From the NCBI RefSeq assembly GCF_006345805.1, contig NC_043015.1, positions 9,796,001 through 9,860,000 on the forward strand: 64,000 bases of DNA. Reading direction: 5' to 3'. The notes under the pieces were generated by a model, which was given only the letters and a program-made list of their open reading frames with translations, had not been told where the DNA came from and did no database searches. Below, one piece after another: positions 13,905-27,282 of the stretch. The position numbers and the translations under genes are program-made. This DNA is from Octopus sinensis (lineage: Eukaryota). Each line of letters begins with the position of its first letter. Position 1 is the stretch's first letter.

Positions 13905-14974
13905 TATTTGTATGTATGTACATTTACATGCATCGCATCTAAGAATTCCATCACAAGTTAGCTTTCCTACAAAGGTTGACATTAAAATAAATATGTAAAC
14001 ATGGGCGCTAATCAGTCACAAATGCCTACTTGCCTTCCCATAATTATGAAAATCAATTTGCAACAATGCATATTCTTTTTATAAGTATGTTGCGTATTCT
14101 TCACTTTCAGAGATATCGTGGGAATTTCTCCGACGAACAGAATCGAACCTATGGATAGGCATTATAATTCTTGCACACTACATCCAAAATATCCCCATGT
14201 TTTATCCTGTATGTGATGCCTAAAATTCCTAAAATGATACGTTGTTCTATAAAATTTCATAGAAGAGCAAAGAAAAATGTTTCATGTCCTTTGAATACAT
14301 ATTATTATTTTGGTTCGCACTATATCGACTCATTTGAGATTTAGGAAACACGAATTAGAAAATATCAAAAACGTTAAAACTATGTGAGTAGAAAATTATA
14401 TTAGGATTACTATTTGTACATCTGCTTCAGTGTTTTAATCTCTTAAAATATTAAATCTATAAGTGTTTTAATATTATTTATTCATATATAATCTGCCAGA
14501 TTGAATTAGTATAAAATGACAGCTAAATTGTGTTTTATTACTTTGGTTCTTTCTGCTTAATTATTTGTTATATTTAACTTATATCTTGCAATATTTTCTC
14601 AACGGGAAAGTATAACAGTTTATCAATGAATTTAAGATATATAATTGTTCTTCATCGAAAAATACAATTCACTTCAATAAGAGAATACAGCAATGGCGGC
14701 ACTGACTAAAGAAGTGCTTGCTCTTCAATGAATGTTTAAGTACTCTCACTTAAAGACTTTGACATCTGTCTCCCTCCCGTATTTCACTTCCTATCTCCCT
14801 CTGTCTCAGCATAGTTCTCTCTCTTCCTCTCTTGCAGTCGTTCCAAATGTGCCATTCTTTAAAAACGAACGGTTTCATACCATCCATATTTCAAGAATTC
14901 ACATCGCTTCTCACATTAATTGCAGCGTCTAGCAAGTCACCAGCCACAATTATAGATTATGTAAACTTATTTCT

Positions 14975-15195
14975 TATTTCTTTACTGTCCACACAGAGGG
15001 GACAAACAAGGACAGACAATCGGATTAAGTCGATTATGTCGATCCCAGTGCATAATTGGTAAATATATAATCGACCCCGAAAGGATGAAAGGCAAAGTCG
15101 ACCTCCGCGGAATTTGAACTCAGAACGTAGCAGAAGACGAAATACCACTAAGCATTTTGCCCGGCATGCTAACGTTCCTGCCAGCTCACCACCTT
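14975..15195 (-). mobile_element. tRNA-derived SINE with Deu/Nin-like central domain, single unit
   Basis: Minus strand has A-box-like TGGCAGGAACG, B-box GAGTTCAAATTCC and gcctttcatcctttcggggtcgat. Near-identical to units at 44.2 and 62.8 kb. Confidence 0.85.
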
Positions 15196-15310
15196 ATTTC
15201 TACCACACACATACACAAACTCACACACACACACACATGCATAGAGAAATTTATGTACGTATGTTTGCATGTACGTATGTATATATATGTTAATACATAT
15301 ATATATATAT

Positions 15311-15514
15311 GTTGATTCGCTAGCTTCTGCACGCATCTTTTTTCTCTCCTTGTTTATCTCCGTGTTTCTTTTCTGTGTATCTTTCTGTTGAAGAGCGTAG
15401 GCTCGACACGTAAAAGACTTGTTTTATTTATATTCCTGAGCGCCATACTAATACAATTGTTTGTTTGTATTCCACCTGCCTTCGTCTTTTGTTATTTTCA
15501 TAAAGCTTCCCGTT
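15311..15514 (+). mobile_element. (TA)n-flanked non-coding PLE-type terminal fragment with HHR-like motif
   Basis: Bounded by (TA)n on both sides and homologous in reverse to 61650-61844. Confidence 0.6.
15380..15417 (+). ncRNA. Minimal type I hammerhead-like motif, degenerate
   Basis: tcttt-CTGTTGA-a-gagc(gtag)gctc-GACA-cg-TA-aaaga. Stems I and II pair, but the core deviates from CUGANGA/GAAA at two positions. Confidence 0.5.
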
Positions 15515-15517
15515 ATA

Positions 15518-15576
<59 letters not shown>

Positions 15577-15577
<1 letters not shown>

Positions 15578-16152
15578 CTTATTATATCTTATTATAAAAG
15601 GCAGATTTTATCTGCCTCCCTTGTATCTTATAGAAATCTACAATATAGGATTTCTTCAATTACAATTTACCTAGCATTTTTAAGAGTAGAATGCATCGGG
15701 TCATGCCAGGTCCAGTTTTTAAAATTTAAACTCCAATTAAGCAAAATTTACAGAAAACTCACATTCTGGTGTGTATGTCAAATGCTTTTCTTAGTCTGGT
15801 TTACAGCACACGCAAACGCACACACAGTGCGCTACGAATTAAGTGAAAGCAATTCAGTGTGTTGACAGGTAGACAATAGAGTGCGGTGACGATGGCGATG
15901 TAATATTTGTTTCTGTCTATGACGCTGATAGATACATGAGTAAAATGTATGGGAAGCTAAGACATAAGAGTGAGTGAAAATGTTCTTGGAAGAGAGTAAA
16001 TAGCAAGAGAGAGTGATTTGAGGAAGACTTTACATTAAATAACCGTAGTGGCTTGTGTTAGTAATAACAGAGTGTAGTCATTCATCGATATCGCAATGCT
16101 CAGCATATCTGCTGACTTTCTATGGACGACGTTTGTAGAGAATGGAAGCTAG
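15577..16152 (+). mobile_element. Non-autonomous Helitron
   Basis: 5' a|TCTTATTATA, 3' hairpin tctatggac-gac-gtttgtaga followed by CTAG|t, and no TSD. Confidence 0.8.
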
Positions 16153-16474
16153 TCTCTTAAGTGTGAGTGGCCATGTACGGTAAATATTGTTATAGCATTC
16201 TATCTAAAAGCTAAGCGTAAGCGATACTGAGAAGCAAATATTCTGCGATAAAACAAACCTATCACGCATTGTTATGCATGTGATATATTTATGTTAAACT
16301 TTCCATACGTTTGAAACGTTACTGCCACAAAAGAAATATCGTTTATGTAATTGAACGAAATTCTTTAGATATCGTATTTGCTTGAGAAAAGATAGGAATG
16401 AAAGAAAACGATTACTTTGATGAATTTCATATGAAAAGGAATAAAGTGAAACCTAACAGATACATACACACACG

Positions 16475-16536
<62 letters not shown>

Positions 16537-17469
16537 AAATATTGATTATAGAATATTTTTAAACACATGTCTCAGAATTTCTTGAGATAATATGGATATG
16601 TCTTTTCTTAGTATATTTCACTGGCATTCTATCTACACAGTGGTTATGAAAATCCTATTACGAAGCGTTGACGATTCCTGAAGTAGAAAATGCATGTTCT
16701 AGCAAAATATAAAGTATAAGAAATTCACATTATATATATAAAATAAAATCATGTGTTTCTATATGAATGTAAATGAAATGTAAAATGTGCTGAAGCTATA
16801 TTCTGGTTTTGCTTTTGTGCATGATAATAAAGTCACTTGAACTGGGGCATAAATAATAGCTTCTAACATACCAGGTAGCGGCAAAGTTTTTTTTCGGATT
16901 TTCATGAAGATATTTGGCTGTTTGTATCGCTCGGTTATATAATTAATTTCACAAAAATTTTTCAATCGTTGCTGAATTATCCATTCTATATTTTCATATT
17001 TAATATATATACTTCAAACATTTTATAAAAATAAACAAAGCAAGAGAGGCAATATTAATACCCAAAGGCAAATTATATTCACCAATTAAAAGTGGATGTT
17101 ACATCACAACACACAAATACTCCAACATTTGCAAGAGATAAATCTCTCATAAGGTTACATAGTACATAAAAGCACGTTCTAACAATCGCCAGTAACAGAC
17201 AGGCACTGCTACTTCTGCTTCGTGGACAACTAGGTTATGTGATTTCAGCTTGATTTAGCCATTTTACGCTATCTGTTGCTTGAGCGAAAGGGCAGCGTCA
17301 AGAGAAAATAATGATGCGGAAGACTCAGCAGCTGTCAACGTACGTAGTACGTGAAATCATCAACACAAAAATGGGATCTCCGCTGATATGATGTGACCAA
17401 ATTCACAGTTTACAATGGAAAAAATTCTAGGGGTCAACGATATCCACTGGGAAAAAGCAACAACAATAC

Positions 17470-17645
17470 GACGGAATCGCCTGAAAAATGCTTAGCAGCA
17501 TTCATTCCTAGTTATGTGTTGAAATGATGCCAGCATTGGCTTTGTCGTTCCTCCCTTAGGGTCGGGAAACTAAGAACACTGGTGTCATGTAATTGACTAA
17601 ATGCTCCTCCGATATTCCTGGCCTTCTGCCAACATGCTAAATCAA
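17470..17645 (+). mobile_element. Highly degenerate Deu/Nin-like SINE
   Basis: aaatgcttagc.gcatt, ctttg.c.ttc.tcc.tt.gggtcg and cactgg.gtc.tgtaat.gact match the sense strand of the 14975 family. Confidence 0.5.
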
Positions 17646-18618
17646 TATGATGGTTAAATAGTTTTACACTATATATTTATATATATGAAGCAAATATTTT
17701 AAAATACGTTTTCTATAAGATACTTTTAACAATATCTTCGCGTATGTATTTACAAAGCATGTTCAATATACATACCCCTAAGAAGAGAAAGGGAAAAAGA
17801 GTCACAAGTGACTTCATTCCTTTCCTATGGGGACCAGTCATTGGAGTATATATTCATGTGTGCATGTGTATCTGTATTCAGGCACTGCTTTTGCATTGAA
17901 TGTCCAAAGACAGCTCTCGTGAATCTGTCTCTTCGCACAGTCAGGAAACTCCAAGTTTTACTAGAGAAGATCACGCAGCAGAATATCTCTGCAGTTTTCC
18001 AGGGCCTATAACATTGTAGTTCAGTGAGTCCCCCGTCACAGGTGTGTGAAGAGGGAATTTTTCTACATATTAATAAAATTTGCTACTGAACGACTTTAGT
18101 GATTGAGAAAATATAACTAATACAATTATGAATTACAATCATTTAAATAATTGTAAACAACAATTTCTCAGGATGGTGTATATTTTATTGGATCATGCTA
18201 TATTTAGCTGAACATTTAAAGGTAAGTAGCAAATCAATTATCGAGGAGACTCAGCTGAAAGAGGAATTCTACCCGGTAAATGGTAGGTTGTGAACTCTTT
18301 TAGTGATCCGCGAAGGAGGGTGAGACATGTTTCTCTCAAAGCATAATAAAAGAATAAAAGCATAGTAGATCTCGGCGGAATTTAAACTGAGAACATAAAG
18401 ACAAACGAAATAATAATTTTACCGAAGTTATTAAGAAATAGAATGTGACGGAGAAAGAAGGCAAATGATAGCATTTTCCAGTAATCTTTCTAGTGATTTA
18501 GTGTGATATGTATTCAATGTAGTTGTATCACATTTTCATTCATAATATGTCACATTCACAAACACATTGTCATAAGTTTGCTCCAGAAAAAAACAACTAT
18601 TACAAATATTATAGAGTA

Positions 18619-20218
18619 CTAGCAGAAGTACCCGACGTTGCTCGGTATAACGTACAACAATGTTTTTGATAATTAGTAAATTTCCTATGTTAGAAGTAAC
18701 GTTAGTGTAACATAATTGGTCGCTTATTGTAGCACAAATTTAACAAAAAGCAAAAAAATGTTGTAACGATGAAGCCAAGCAGTAACAGTTTGAATATGAC
18801 ATCCTGAGAAGGGCTTTAATGTGTTCTCAGATGGTGTAACAATCTCGAGTGCCCTTAAAAGGGCTTTCTCTTGTAATGCGTTTTCGGTGATGTAACAATC
18901 GTATGTAAAGTGGCTTTGAAACGGGTCCCGTTTTAATTTACACCGAAAGCAACGGAACTGCTGCAGTGAAATTGAAACTGTGTGAAAACAACTGACACAC
19001 CAAGGTTGGGCAAAGGAGAAGTAACATGGTTGAGGAAAGGTAGTAAATTTGAAAGCATGACTACAGTATCAACCAGTTACCACATATCAGGTCTGTAATG
19101 TTGCACTTGTGTAGTGGAGGCACCAAGGTTCACGAATTTGAAAGCAGTTCGCGCATGAAGTGCATACAACACTTCACTGTAGACTACATTTTTCGTTTTG
19201 CTATTAGGGGCAAGAACGAATAGATTTTGTTTGCTTCTAGCTCTGGAGCATGCGGCCTGTAACTGGCTTTGAGAGAAACATGTCTCACCCTCCTTCGTTT
19301 GACAGCTGAAATAGACTCTGTTTTCTTCGACCGAGGTGCGTTCTTTTCTTAGGTGACATGGCAGCAGTGTTGGGCTGTTGCTATGTTCCGCATTATAACG
19401 ACGTATTTCTTTGTCTGCGAGACTGGCCCGTATGGCATACCTCTCCCGCTGTAATTCTTTCTTTGGCACTGCGGCCATAACATAGAGTGACAACACAAGG
19501 ACAGATAGAATACCACAGTAGGCGCAAAAACATAAATTGAATGAAAAATGAAAAATGTATAAAAATAATAAAATTAATGATGCTGAAATGGCTGAATTGA
19601 GCCCCACTCTCAAGCAGTACCATTTAACAGTTAAATTATACAAATTAACAAATCTTTCTTACATTCTCATTTTTTTCTAATGATTTGACAAATATTTAGT
19701 TTAAATCAGTCAATTAAGCATGGGTAGGCATAAAACAGAATTTTACGCTGTTATTCGCAGACTTTTCCCATTCAACGCAGATTGACTTGAGGAAAAAATG
19801 TTTTAAAGCAATTCGTAAACCCTGAATAATGTATGTGTCAAATGTGGAGCGAATGGGCTGGAAACTGCGGAGGTTATTGCCAGGAAACCGATTGTTACTC
19901 AGTTATTCGGGGATCTTTCACAATTAACGCGGATGACTTTGGCAAAAATTTTAAGCAAAACAATTCTTATATCATGAGTAATGTTCGTCTCAACTTTGGA
20001 AGAAATCGCACCAAAAACAAATGAATTATGGGCAAAGAATTGTTTTCTGACCATTTATTCGCAGTTTGGGGGCATACGCGAGGGGTCTCGAAAATATAAA
20101 ATACATCATGATCACTCCTGAAATATAAGCTATCAGTGTGTCAAGTTTGAGCGAAATCGGTTGAAAAATGTGGAAAGGCATAAAGAGCATACAAACGCAG
20201 ACAAACACACTGACATCT

Positions 20219-20230
<12 letters not shown>
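18619..20230 (-). mobile_element. Internally deleted Helitron carrying a RepHel remnant
   Basis: 3' end on minus is ccgagcaacgtcggg...CTAG|t at 18619. The 5' region has about three degenerate ~155-bp subrepeats (19735-20170) and runs into (TA)n. It contains PIF1-type helicase C-terminal sequence. Confidence 0.85.
19077..19478 (-). pseudogene. Helitron RepHel remnant with PIF1-like helicase C-terminus
   Basis: CFSQSQLQAACSRARSKQNLFVLAPNSKTKNVVYSEVL matches the Helitron helicase end (F-SHGQLYVA-SR...TKNVVY-EVL) with the GQLYVA motif mutated. Confidence 0.8.
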
Positions 20231-20289
<59 letters not shown>

Positions 20290-20293
<4 letters not shown>

Positions 20294-21931
20294 GAGAGAG
20301 AGACAGAGAGAGAGAGAGTGGCGCCCAAAATGTTCAGACTGGCATTGCTTTCGTCAGAAACGTAGATATAATTTTTTATCAAAGTTGTTTTATATTCTAT
20401 AAATTTCACAGAAAATATATACAATATTATTTGTTATTGCCTGAGATTTTGGTGTAATTTGAGAGGATAATACAAAAGTTATGGATGATTTAGTGAATTA
20501 CTGCAAAACCGATGGCGGCCAAAATGATCAGAACGGTTGCTTTTACTCCGTGTTTTAGTATATTTAACCGGCGAACTCTAATGTTTTGAATTTGTTTACG
20601 TGACGGTTCGCTTACTAAACATTAGTAAGAATATTTGCAGAGTACTTTTTTAATATATTGCCACTTACTCCGTTACCAATTCGTCAGGAGATCATTAAGC
20701 TTCGAAGGAAGGATAATTTAAGTATTGGATCTATTGCAAAGAGTGTTAACAAGTCAAAAAGTGTTGTACACGGCATTCTTAAGGTCTACGATGATTGTGG
20801 TCCGTGTGAAGCAAGAAAGTTTACAGGTAGGCCAAGAAAAACGATGAAGAGAGAAGATCGTTCTATGGTAAAGTTGGTTAAAATGGACAGATTTAAAACT
20901 GCTGCTGCTGTTTCTCGGAAAATAAGCATTCTATTGAGGAAAACTTTATCTCGAAAAACTCTGTCTCGTCGTTTAGTTGAACATGACCTACAAGCAAGAG
21001 CACCTGCAGTGAAGCCACTGATCAGCTCCAAGAATAAAAAGTGTCGTCTTACCTTTGCAACCAAACATGTGTTGTGGTCTCAAGAAAAATGGCAAACGGT
21101 GCATATCAGGGATGAATCTAAGTTTATGTTATTTGGCTCAGATTAGTTCGTAGAAAAGTAGGTGAAAAATTGTCGCCTAAATGCCTTAAGACTAGTGTTA
21201 AATTCAATGGAGGAAGTGTCATGTTCTGGGGGATGATATCTGGAGATGATGTGGGCCTTTTGGTGCGATTACATGGAAAGGTAAATGCAGGAGTTTATAA
21301 ACAACTTGTAAAATATCATGTATTGCCTGTGCTGAGAAATTCAACTAAGCGACCACCCATACCCATGCAGGACAATGCCCCATGTCACAAGGCTAAGGTG
21401 GTCATGAACTTCCTTAAGGCTGAAAAGGTTATTGTTATGAATTGGCCTGCTCAAAGCCCAGATATCAATCCTATTGAAAATGTATGGAATATTCTAGAAC
21501 GTTCGGAAGCCAGAAATCCTAAAGCAACTGAGCAATTATGGAATGCCCTTCAGGAAGAATGGAATAAGATCACCCAGCAAGAAATTGAAAATTTAATTTC
21601 CTCATGCAGTCAAAGATGTCAGAGTGTGATTGAAGCTAAAGTGCTTCACACTAAATATTAAACAATTCCAGTATTCTCTGTCATTTTTGATTATTTTGTT
21701 ATTTTTTCAACCGTTCCGATCATTTTGGCCGCCATGGGTTTTGCAGTAAATCACTAAATTATCCATAACGTTTGTATTATCCTCCCAAATTACACCTAAA
21801 TCTCAGACAATAACAATTAATAATGTATTTATTGTAGGTGAAAATTATAGAATATAAAACTACTTTGATAAAAGCTTATACTTACTTTTCTGACGAAAAC
21901 AATGTCTGTCCGAACATTTTGGCCGCAACTG
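20290..21931 (+). mobile_element. Near full-length Tc1-like DNA transposon with ~224-bp IR/DR-type TIRs
   Basis: TIRs at 20316-20539 and 21708-21931, each with outer and inner gcggccaaaatg direct repeats. Ends are CAG...CTG and the left flank is TA. Confidence 0.95.
20658..21661 (+). pseudogene. Tc1 DD34E transposase, split by a short deletion/frameshift near 21144
   Basis: Paired-like HTH, GRPR, DESKF, GGSVMFWG, QDNAPCH and WPAQSPDINPIE, with 34 residues between the second D and E. Start codon is TTG and a stop follows FGSD. Confidence 0.93.
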
Positions 21932-23454
21932 CATACATGGATTACAATTTGCACTCCATAATTTTATGTTTAACAAGATAAAGAAATTCTATCAAAAAAG
22001 TACCTACCTCGAACATACATACAAAGTGCATTAAAATAATACATATTTTCATTATAACAAATCATTATAATGAAAGACAAAAATATTACATGCAATGATT
22101 GAGCAGAGAGATATATTCTGTTGGCCAGTGACAACTTAAAGCATGCGTAAGACTACAGAAAAATAATCATGTTTATATGAATATCATGTATTAGATATAT
22201 GTAAGGAGATATTTAGTGAATTGAATTTTATGTAATAACCCTGACGTAATAAAGTAATTCGAAGTATATTTTACATTTACTTCATATGTTTTCAAATATA
22301 TGATCGTATTGTTGTAATGATAAACAAAGCAAGAAATATTTCAGTCATGTAAATTCAATTAATTCTTTTTTTAAATTCTCTTAAATTTTTCTTGAGAGAA
22401 ACAATACGAGATAAACGTTATATGAGGACGTCAAATTCATAATTACAAAATTTTTCAACTTACCGATCTTAAGAAACTGTGTGCCTAAGATGGGATAATT
22501 ACATCGTGGTTTTGTGTTTGTAACTTCATTTGTTTTGCTTTGAATTTGCAGATAGTGAAGTTTAAGTTCTGCGCGTCACCTGTTTCTTTATATGTGTGCC
22601 ACGTCATATTCTTTCTATGTAACCGTCAATAGCAAAAGCATATAGAGGACATTCATACAAGCAAATGTACCGAAAAATCTATCTTCCATGCCTAATGAAA
22701 TTTTTTATTCTGATAAGCTAATAACTGTCTTGCATCTCTCATTGCTGCTAGGAGTACAAAATAGACATAGCTAGTTCGGTAAAGCGGTATATAGCAAATA
22801 ATATACTTCAATAATTGTTATTCTCTTCCTGTAGGAGTGTTACACAATATGGAAAATATAGAAGAGATATATCATGTACATTTCAAATATAGATTTGGTT
22901 TAAGCATGTTTTCAGAAGATGCAATATACCACTCATTCGTTTTTTGAAGCCCCCAAACAAATTTACGTTACTTGTTCATAAAGAAAGACTTTGAAAATAT
23001 ACATAAATATAAACATATCAATCCTCAGATAATAGGGTTCTCACTCGGAGCGTTTTATCTTTATTAAAGTGACTATAACTGACCTGCATATAGCTTTGGT
23101 TTGGAAAGTGTAAAGTAGGTACAAAAGCAAAACAATTCTGAGGTGGAAGAAGAAAATATCAGATGTTTAAAATGAAATGATTATAAGGAAACTTCAACAC
23201 TTAAGTGCAAAAGTTGATAACATGATAAACATAGTGATACTTGTAATAATGACGATGGTAGAAAAATATGATGACTATCAGGGCGATGATTGTGATGCTA
23301 AAGCCAATAATGATGATATTGAGAGTATATTTGAAATTTAATTTCAGATTTCAAATAGCAAAATAATATTTGAGGAAATAACTGTACAGTAATAAACTAA
23401 GAAATAAATGTATGCATGCATATGTAGACATATGTGTACATACGTGTGTGTGTT

Positions 23455-23500
<46 letters not shown>

Positions 23501-23548
23501 CACACATATATATATATACATACATACGTATATAAATATATATGTCAG

Positions 23549-23589
<41 letters not shown>

Positions 23590-26500
23590 GTATATGAATA
23601 TGTATATATATATATATGTATATATGTATATATATCTGCATATAGATACATACACACATGCATATAAAGGTATATATGTGTGTACGTGTGTATGTGTGTT
23701 TCTGTGTTTCTGTGCTTTATTCGCATATTTAGTTTTGTAAATATCTGCATTGGGATAATTACTAAATATCCTAGAATATGATACACATTATGAACACTAG
23801 ATTCTTAGCGAGCTTAGCAAAAATTCATTTTAATTTAATTATACACATTAAACATTTGACACTATTTGCATCAGTACTAGTTTGTTTATTTTGCTTTAGT
23901 TTAGCAACAATTTTTTATCAGTGTAATTAATGTTCAGCATTAACGTTCATACGATCAATATAACCACATGCAATCAAGTAAGATTTGAGATATTTATTAT
24001 AATTCTTAATGTAGTTTACTCGATAAAAATGCTGTACCGCAGTGTCTTTCACTTTACTAGTTTGATGACTTGAATTTACATCACATATAAGCATGGAAAT
24101 ATTTTGCATGCTGTTTATTCAAGTAGATTCGATATTTCTTTTAAGGAGAAACATGTTTTCTTTATGGTGATAATTTTTCATTCAGAACAAAGTTACATTA
24201 CCTATAAAATTAATGAGGCACTCATTTATATCGAAAGTGATGTAGTACCAGCGCTTTCCTAATTTACTTCTACATAATAACTTACAGTGCCCACCACAGC
24301 CAAATTCAAATCGGTGCTTAAATGGAAATTAATAAATAAAGGGAAATTAATAAGTCTCAAAGAATTTATTAAATGATAGCTCGTGTAAGGGTCAAAAAGT
24401 AAAGGTCTTATTTTCAGATTAGCATTGTAACAGATTGAATTTGTGTATATTAGATACATTTAAATGGTTGGTGTAGAATCCGAACTAGTATTGTTTATCG
24501 TATAGATTAGTATCTTATTATTTGTAGTGGCTACAGTTTTCTACCATGTTAGCCTCCGTATGATTCGATAAAATATAGGAAACTGTTCATATTATGGACT
24601 GTGTGGAAAAATGGCAGGAGATTCAAATGAAGTGAAATTCTTTACATTTGTATCGATCATTGAGCTAATATTTGTAATATGTAAAATATGTGATTCAACG
24701 GATTAACAGGAAGTTCATGTTCGTCACATGTTATCACTGAAGTTGTCCTTTCACTCTCCCAGTTGCCATGGGCAGTCTTTGAAATAAATTTCGTCAATCA
24801 CTAAAATAGAATATCTGGGTTCAGTATACAGGCTATCTCCCTCCATCACAAGCTGTGTTTCCGGATCTCTGTAAGAGCTCTTATTTTACAATGATTGAAC
24901 CATACAACGTCAGAGTCCATTCAGCTAAAATAGATAGAAGTTGTGTGACTCTTATGTACAGATTTCTGTTAGAGTGATATCAAGGTTGCCATTTCAGAAT
25001 CGATGAGAGGATTGAAAAATAGTTACGTCATCGGATATATTCAAATGCACGCTTCTAAATAATTTTTGAAAATGTGAATATATTAGCATGTTTTTTTATT
25101 ATGTAAGTGTGAAGAAAGTATTGCACATTTATTTTCACAAACTATGCTTCAGAATTACATGTAAAGCGTTGATCAGCGATAAACACCTCACTTTTTTATA
25201 TCTACCACTACTTTCTCGCCCAATATGCCTTCTTTTAGAACCGTAAATTGTTAAGAGTTGCTGGTTGCGTTGTCCAATATACAACGCTGATTGATTCTAC
25301 AGAAGATGGCGTCAGAGAAAAGGGAAGGCGGCAAATTGATTAAAGCATGTAACATTTTTCGTCCAAATTATGCCGACATTTACTTTTGTTGTGTTGCTTT
25401 TGAGGCTGAGACAATACAACTGATGTCAACTACTGGTCTTTCACGTTCGATAATATAACGTAATAATGATTTGGGTTCAAATTTACGACTGAAACATCCA
25501 AATCTTTTGTTGCGCGCCTATTTTGAAATCGTTATATATTGAGTTATTCTCGATTGGAATAGATGAAATCATACTAAAGATTTTAACAGTAATATAATTT
25601 ACACATTTTAGTGATTTCATGTCCAAGTATTAACTAAAATACCACATTGATAATGTAATGCAATTTCACAAAAAGAAAAGTAATATTCGAAGATTGTTTG
25701 AAAAATCCGATAAGCAATAGTTACTTGAAAAAAAAGTAGATTCTAGTTAGTGACATCAAAGTTAGTTCTAAAAGAATTTATAGTAAAGAAATATAATTGT
25801 AGTACATCACAGGAAATGAACGCATATACTTTGCATTTAATATTTTTTGTTCAACTTCATTCGTAGAAATTCGTCTTTATTTTTCTCAAGAGTTCTATTT
25901 TCTTCAAATTTATTTGCACATAATTGGAATTGACATTTAACATAGAGTGAGGTAGAAGTTTTCAGTGACCTTCTTCAGATTTGTTGGCAGATTCTTACAC
26001 CAAATAGATGATCACCTAACAGTGTATCTGTTTGTACATGTATACATCTATTTCTGTGTACGTGCATATATGTGTCTATATTCATATGTTTGCGCCTATG
26101 CCTGAGTATATACACGTATGGGTATGTATGCGTATGCCTGCATATATACACGTGACCCTACTCATTTTTGCGTGTATACCTACATACAAACATTTGTTGA
26201 ACAAACGCCATGATACATGTATGGTGACTGTAATATTTCTATATGCAATATCCAGTAAAATATGCCTTCTATATAATGTAAGATATATACCTCAGGATCA
26301 CAGCTATGGAGAACAAATTCAATAGATGATGTATACACAGGTATACGTATATACATAGCTATACGTATATACATAATTTTGGAATATTTAAGGATGTGGT
26401 ATACTATTTTTAAGAGATTACATCACACACATGTTGGGTTAGAGTGAAAACATATATGTTTTTTTATCAAACAACTTCACAGAGTAGTTCGTTTTCGTTT

Positions 26501-26749
26501 CTGCAGACATACGTACCCATATATACGCACAGATACTCATGCACAATCATTTATACCTACACGTGAAGAAATACGTATATATACATACACAAACTTTTCC
26601 CTGCGGACGCCGGGACATATGTGTATAATCATGTATGTATTTTTGTGTGTATGTGTGAGTAAGTGTGTGATTATGTGTATTCTGTGAGGCTTGTATGTTC
26701 ATAAATATAATATTGAATATATGTATTGAACATTCATAAGAATATATTC

Positions 26750-27282
26750 TTACCATTGTATAATGTGAAGGCACAATGATGGGACAAAGTCGAGCCACCA
26801 AACCACAGACCAAAAAGCAAAATTCATCAAAACAAGCTGATGGTGCGTATTTGGTGGTCTGGTGCAGGTCTAATCCATTATGATTTCATTAAACTTAGTC
26901 CATCAATTACGGCCGCAGTATACCGCAGCTAAATGGACCAATTGATGTAGAAACTTACAAAAATCGGCCTCGACTAGTCAAGAGATCCACTCCTTGTTTT
27001 ATTGCAAGACAACGCCAGACACACATTGCAAAAATGACATTGGTGAAACTACAAGAGCTGGATTTGGCAGTTCTCCATCATCCACCCTACTCACCTGATC
27101 TTGCCCCCACTAACTTCCACTTCTTCCAGAATTTGGATCAATTTTTGATAAGAAAAAAAAAATTAATTACGACGATGCTTCCAAAGGCCTTCCAACGTTG
27201 TATTGACTCTATATTGCCAAGCTTTTATAATTCCGGGCGGGTCAAACTACCCCTGAAATGGCAATATGTGTGCATACTTTGA
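26750..27282 (+). pseudogene. mariner (DD34D-type) transposase C-terminal fragment
   Basis: KLMVRIWWSGAGLIHYDF, LQDNAR and LHHPPYSPDLAPTNFHFFQNL, with stops and frameshifts. TIRs were not resolved. Confidence 0.9.

Noticed and set aside
17900-18052. Exon-like GC-richer patch with ag/gt boundaries
   Set aside because: All three frames hit stops before the candidate donor, and no protein is recognisable.
24700-25020. Short open stretch on minus (DPETQLVMEGDSLY...)
   Set aside because: Under 45 codons with no homology or consistent splice sites.
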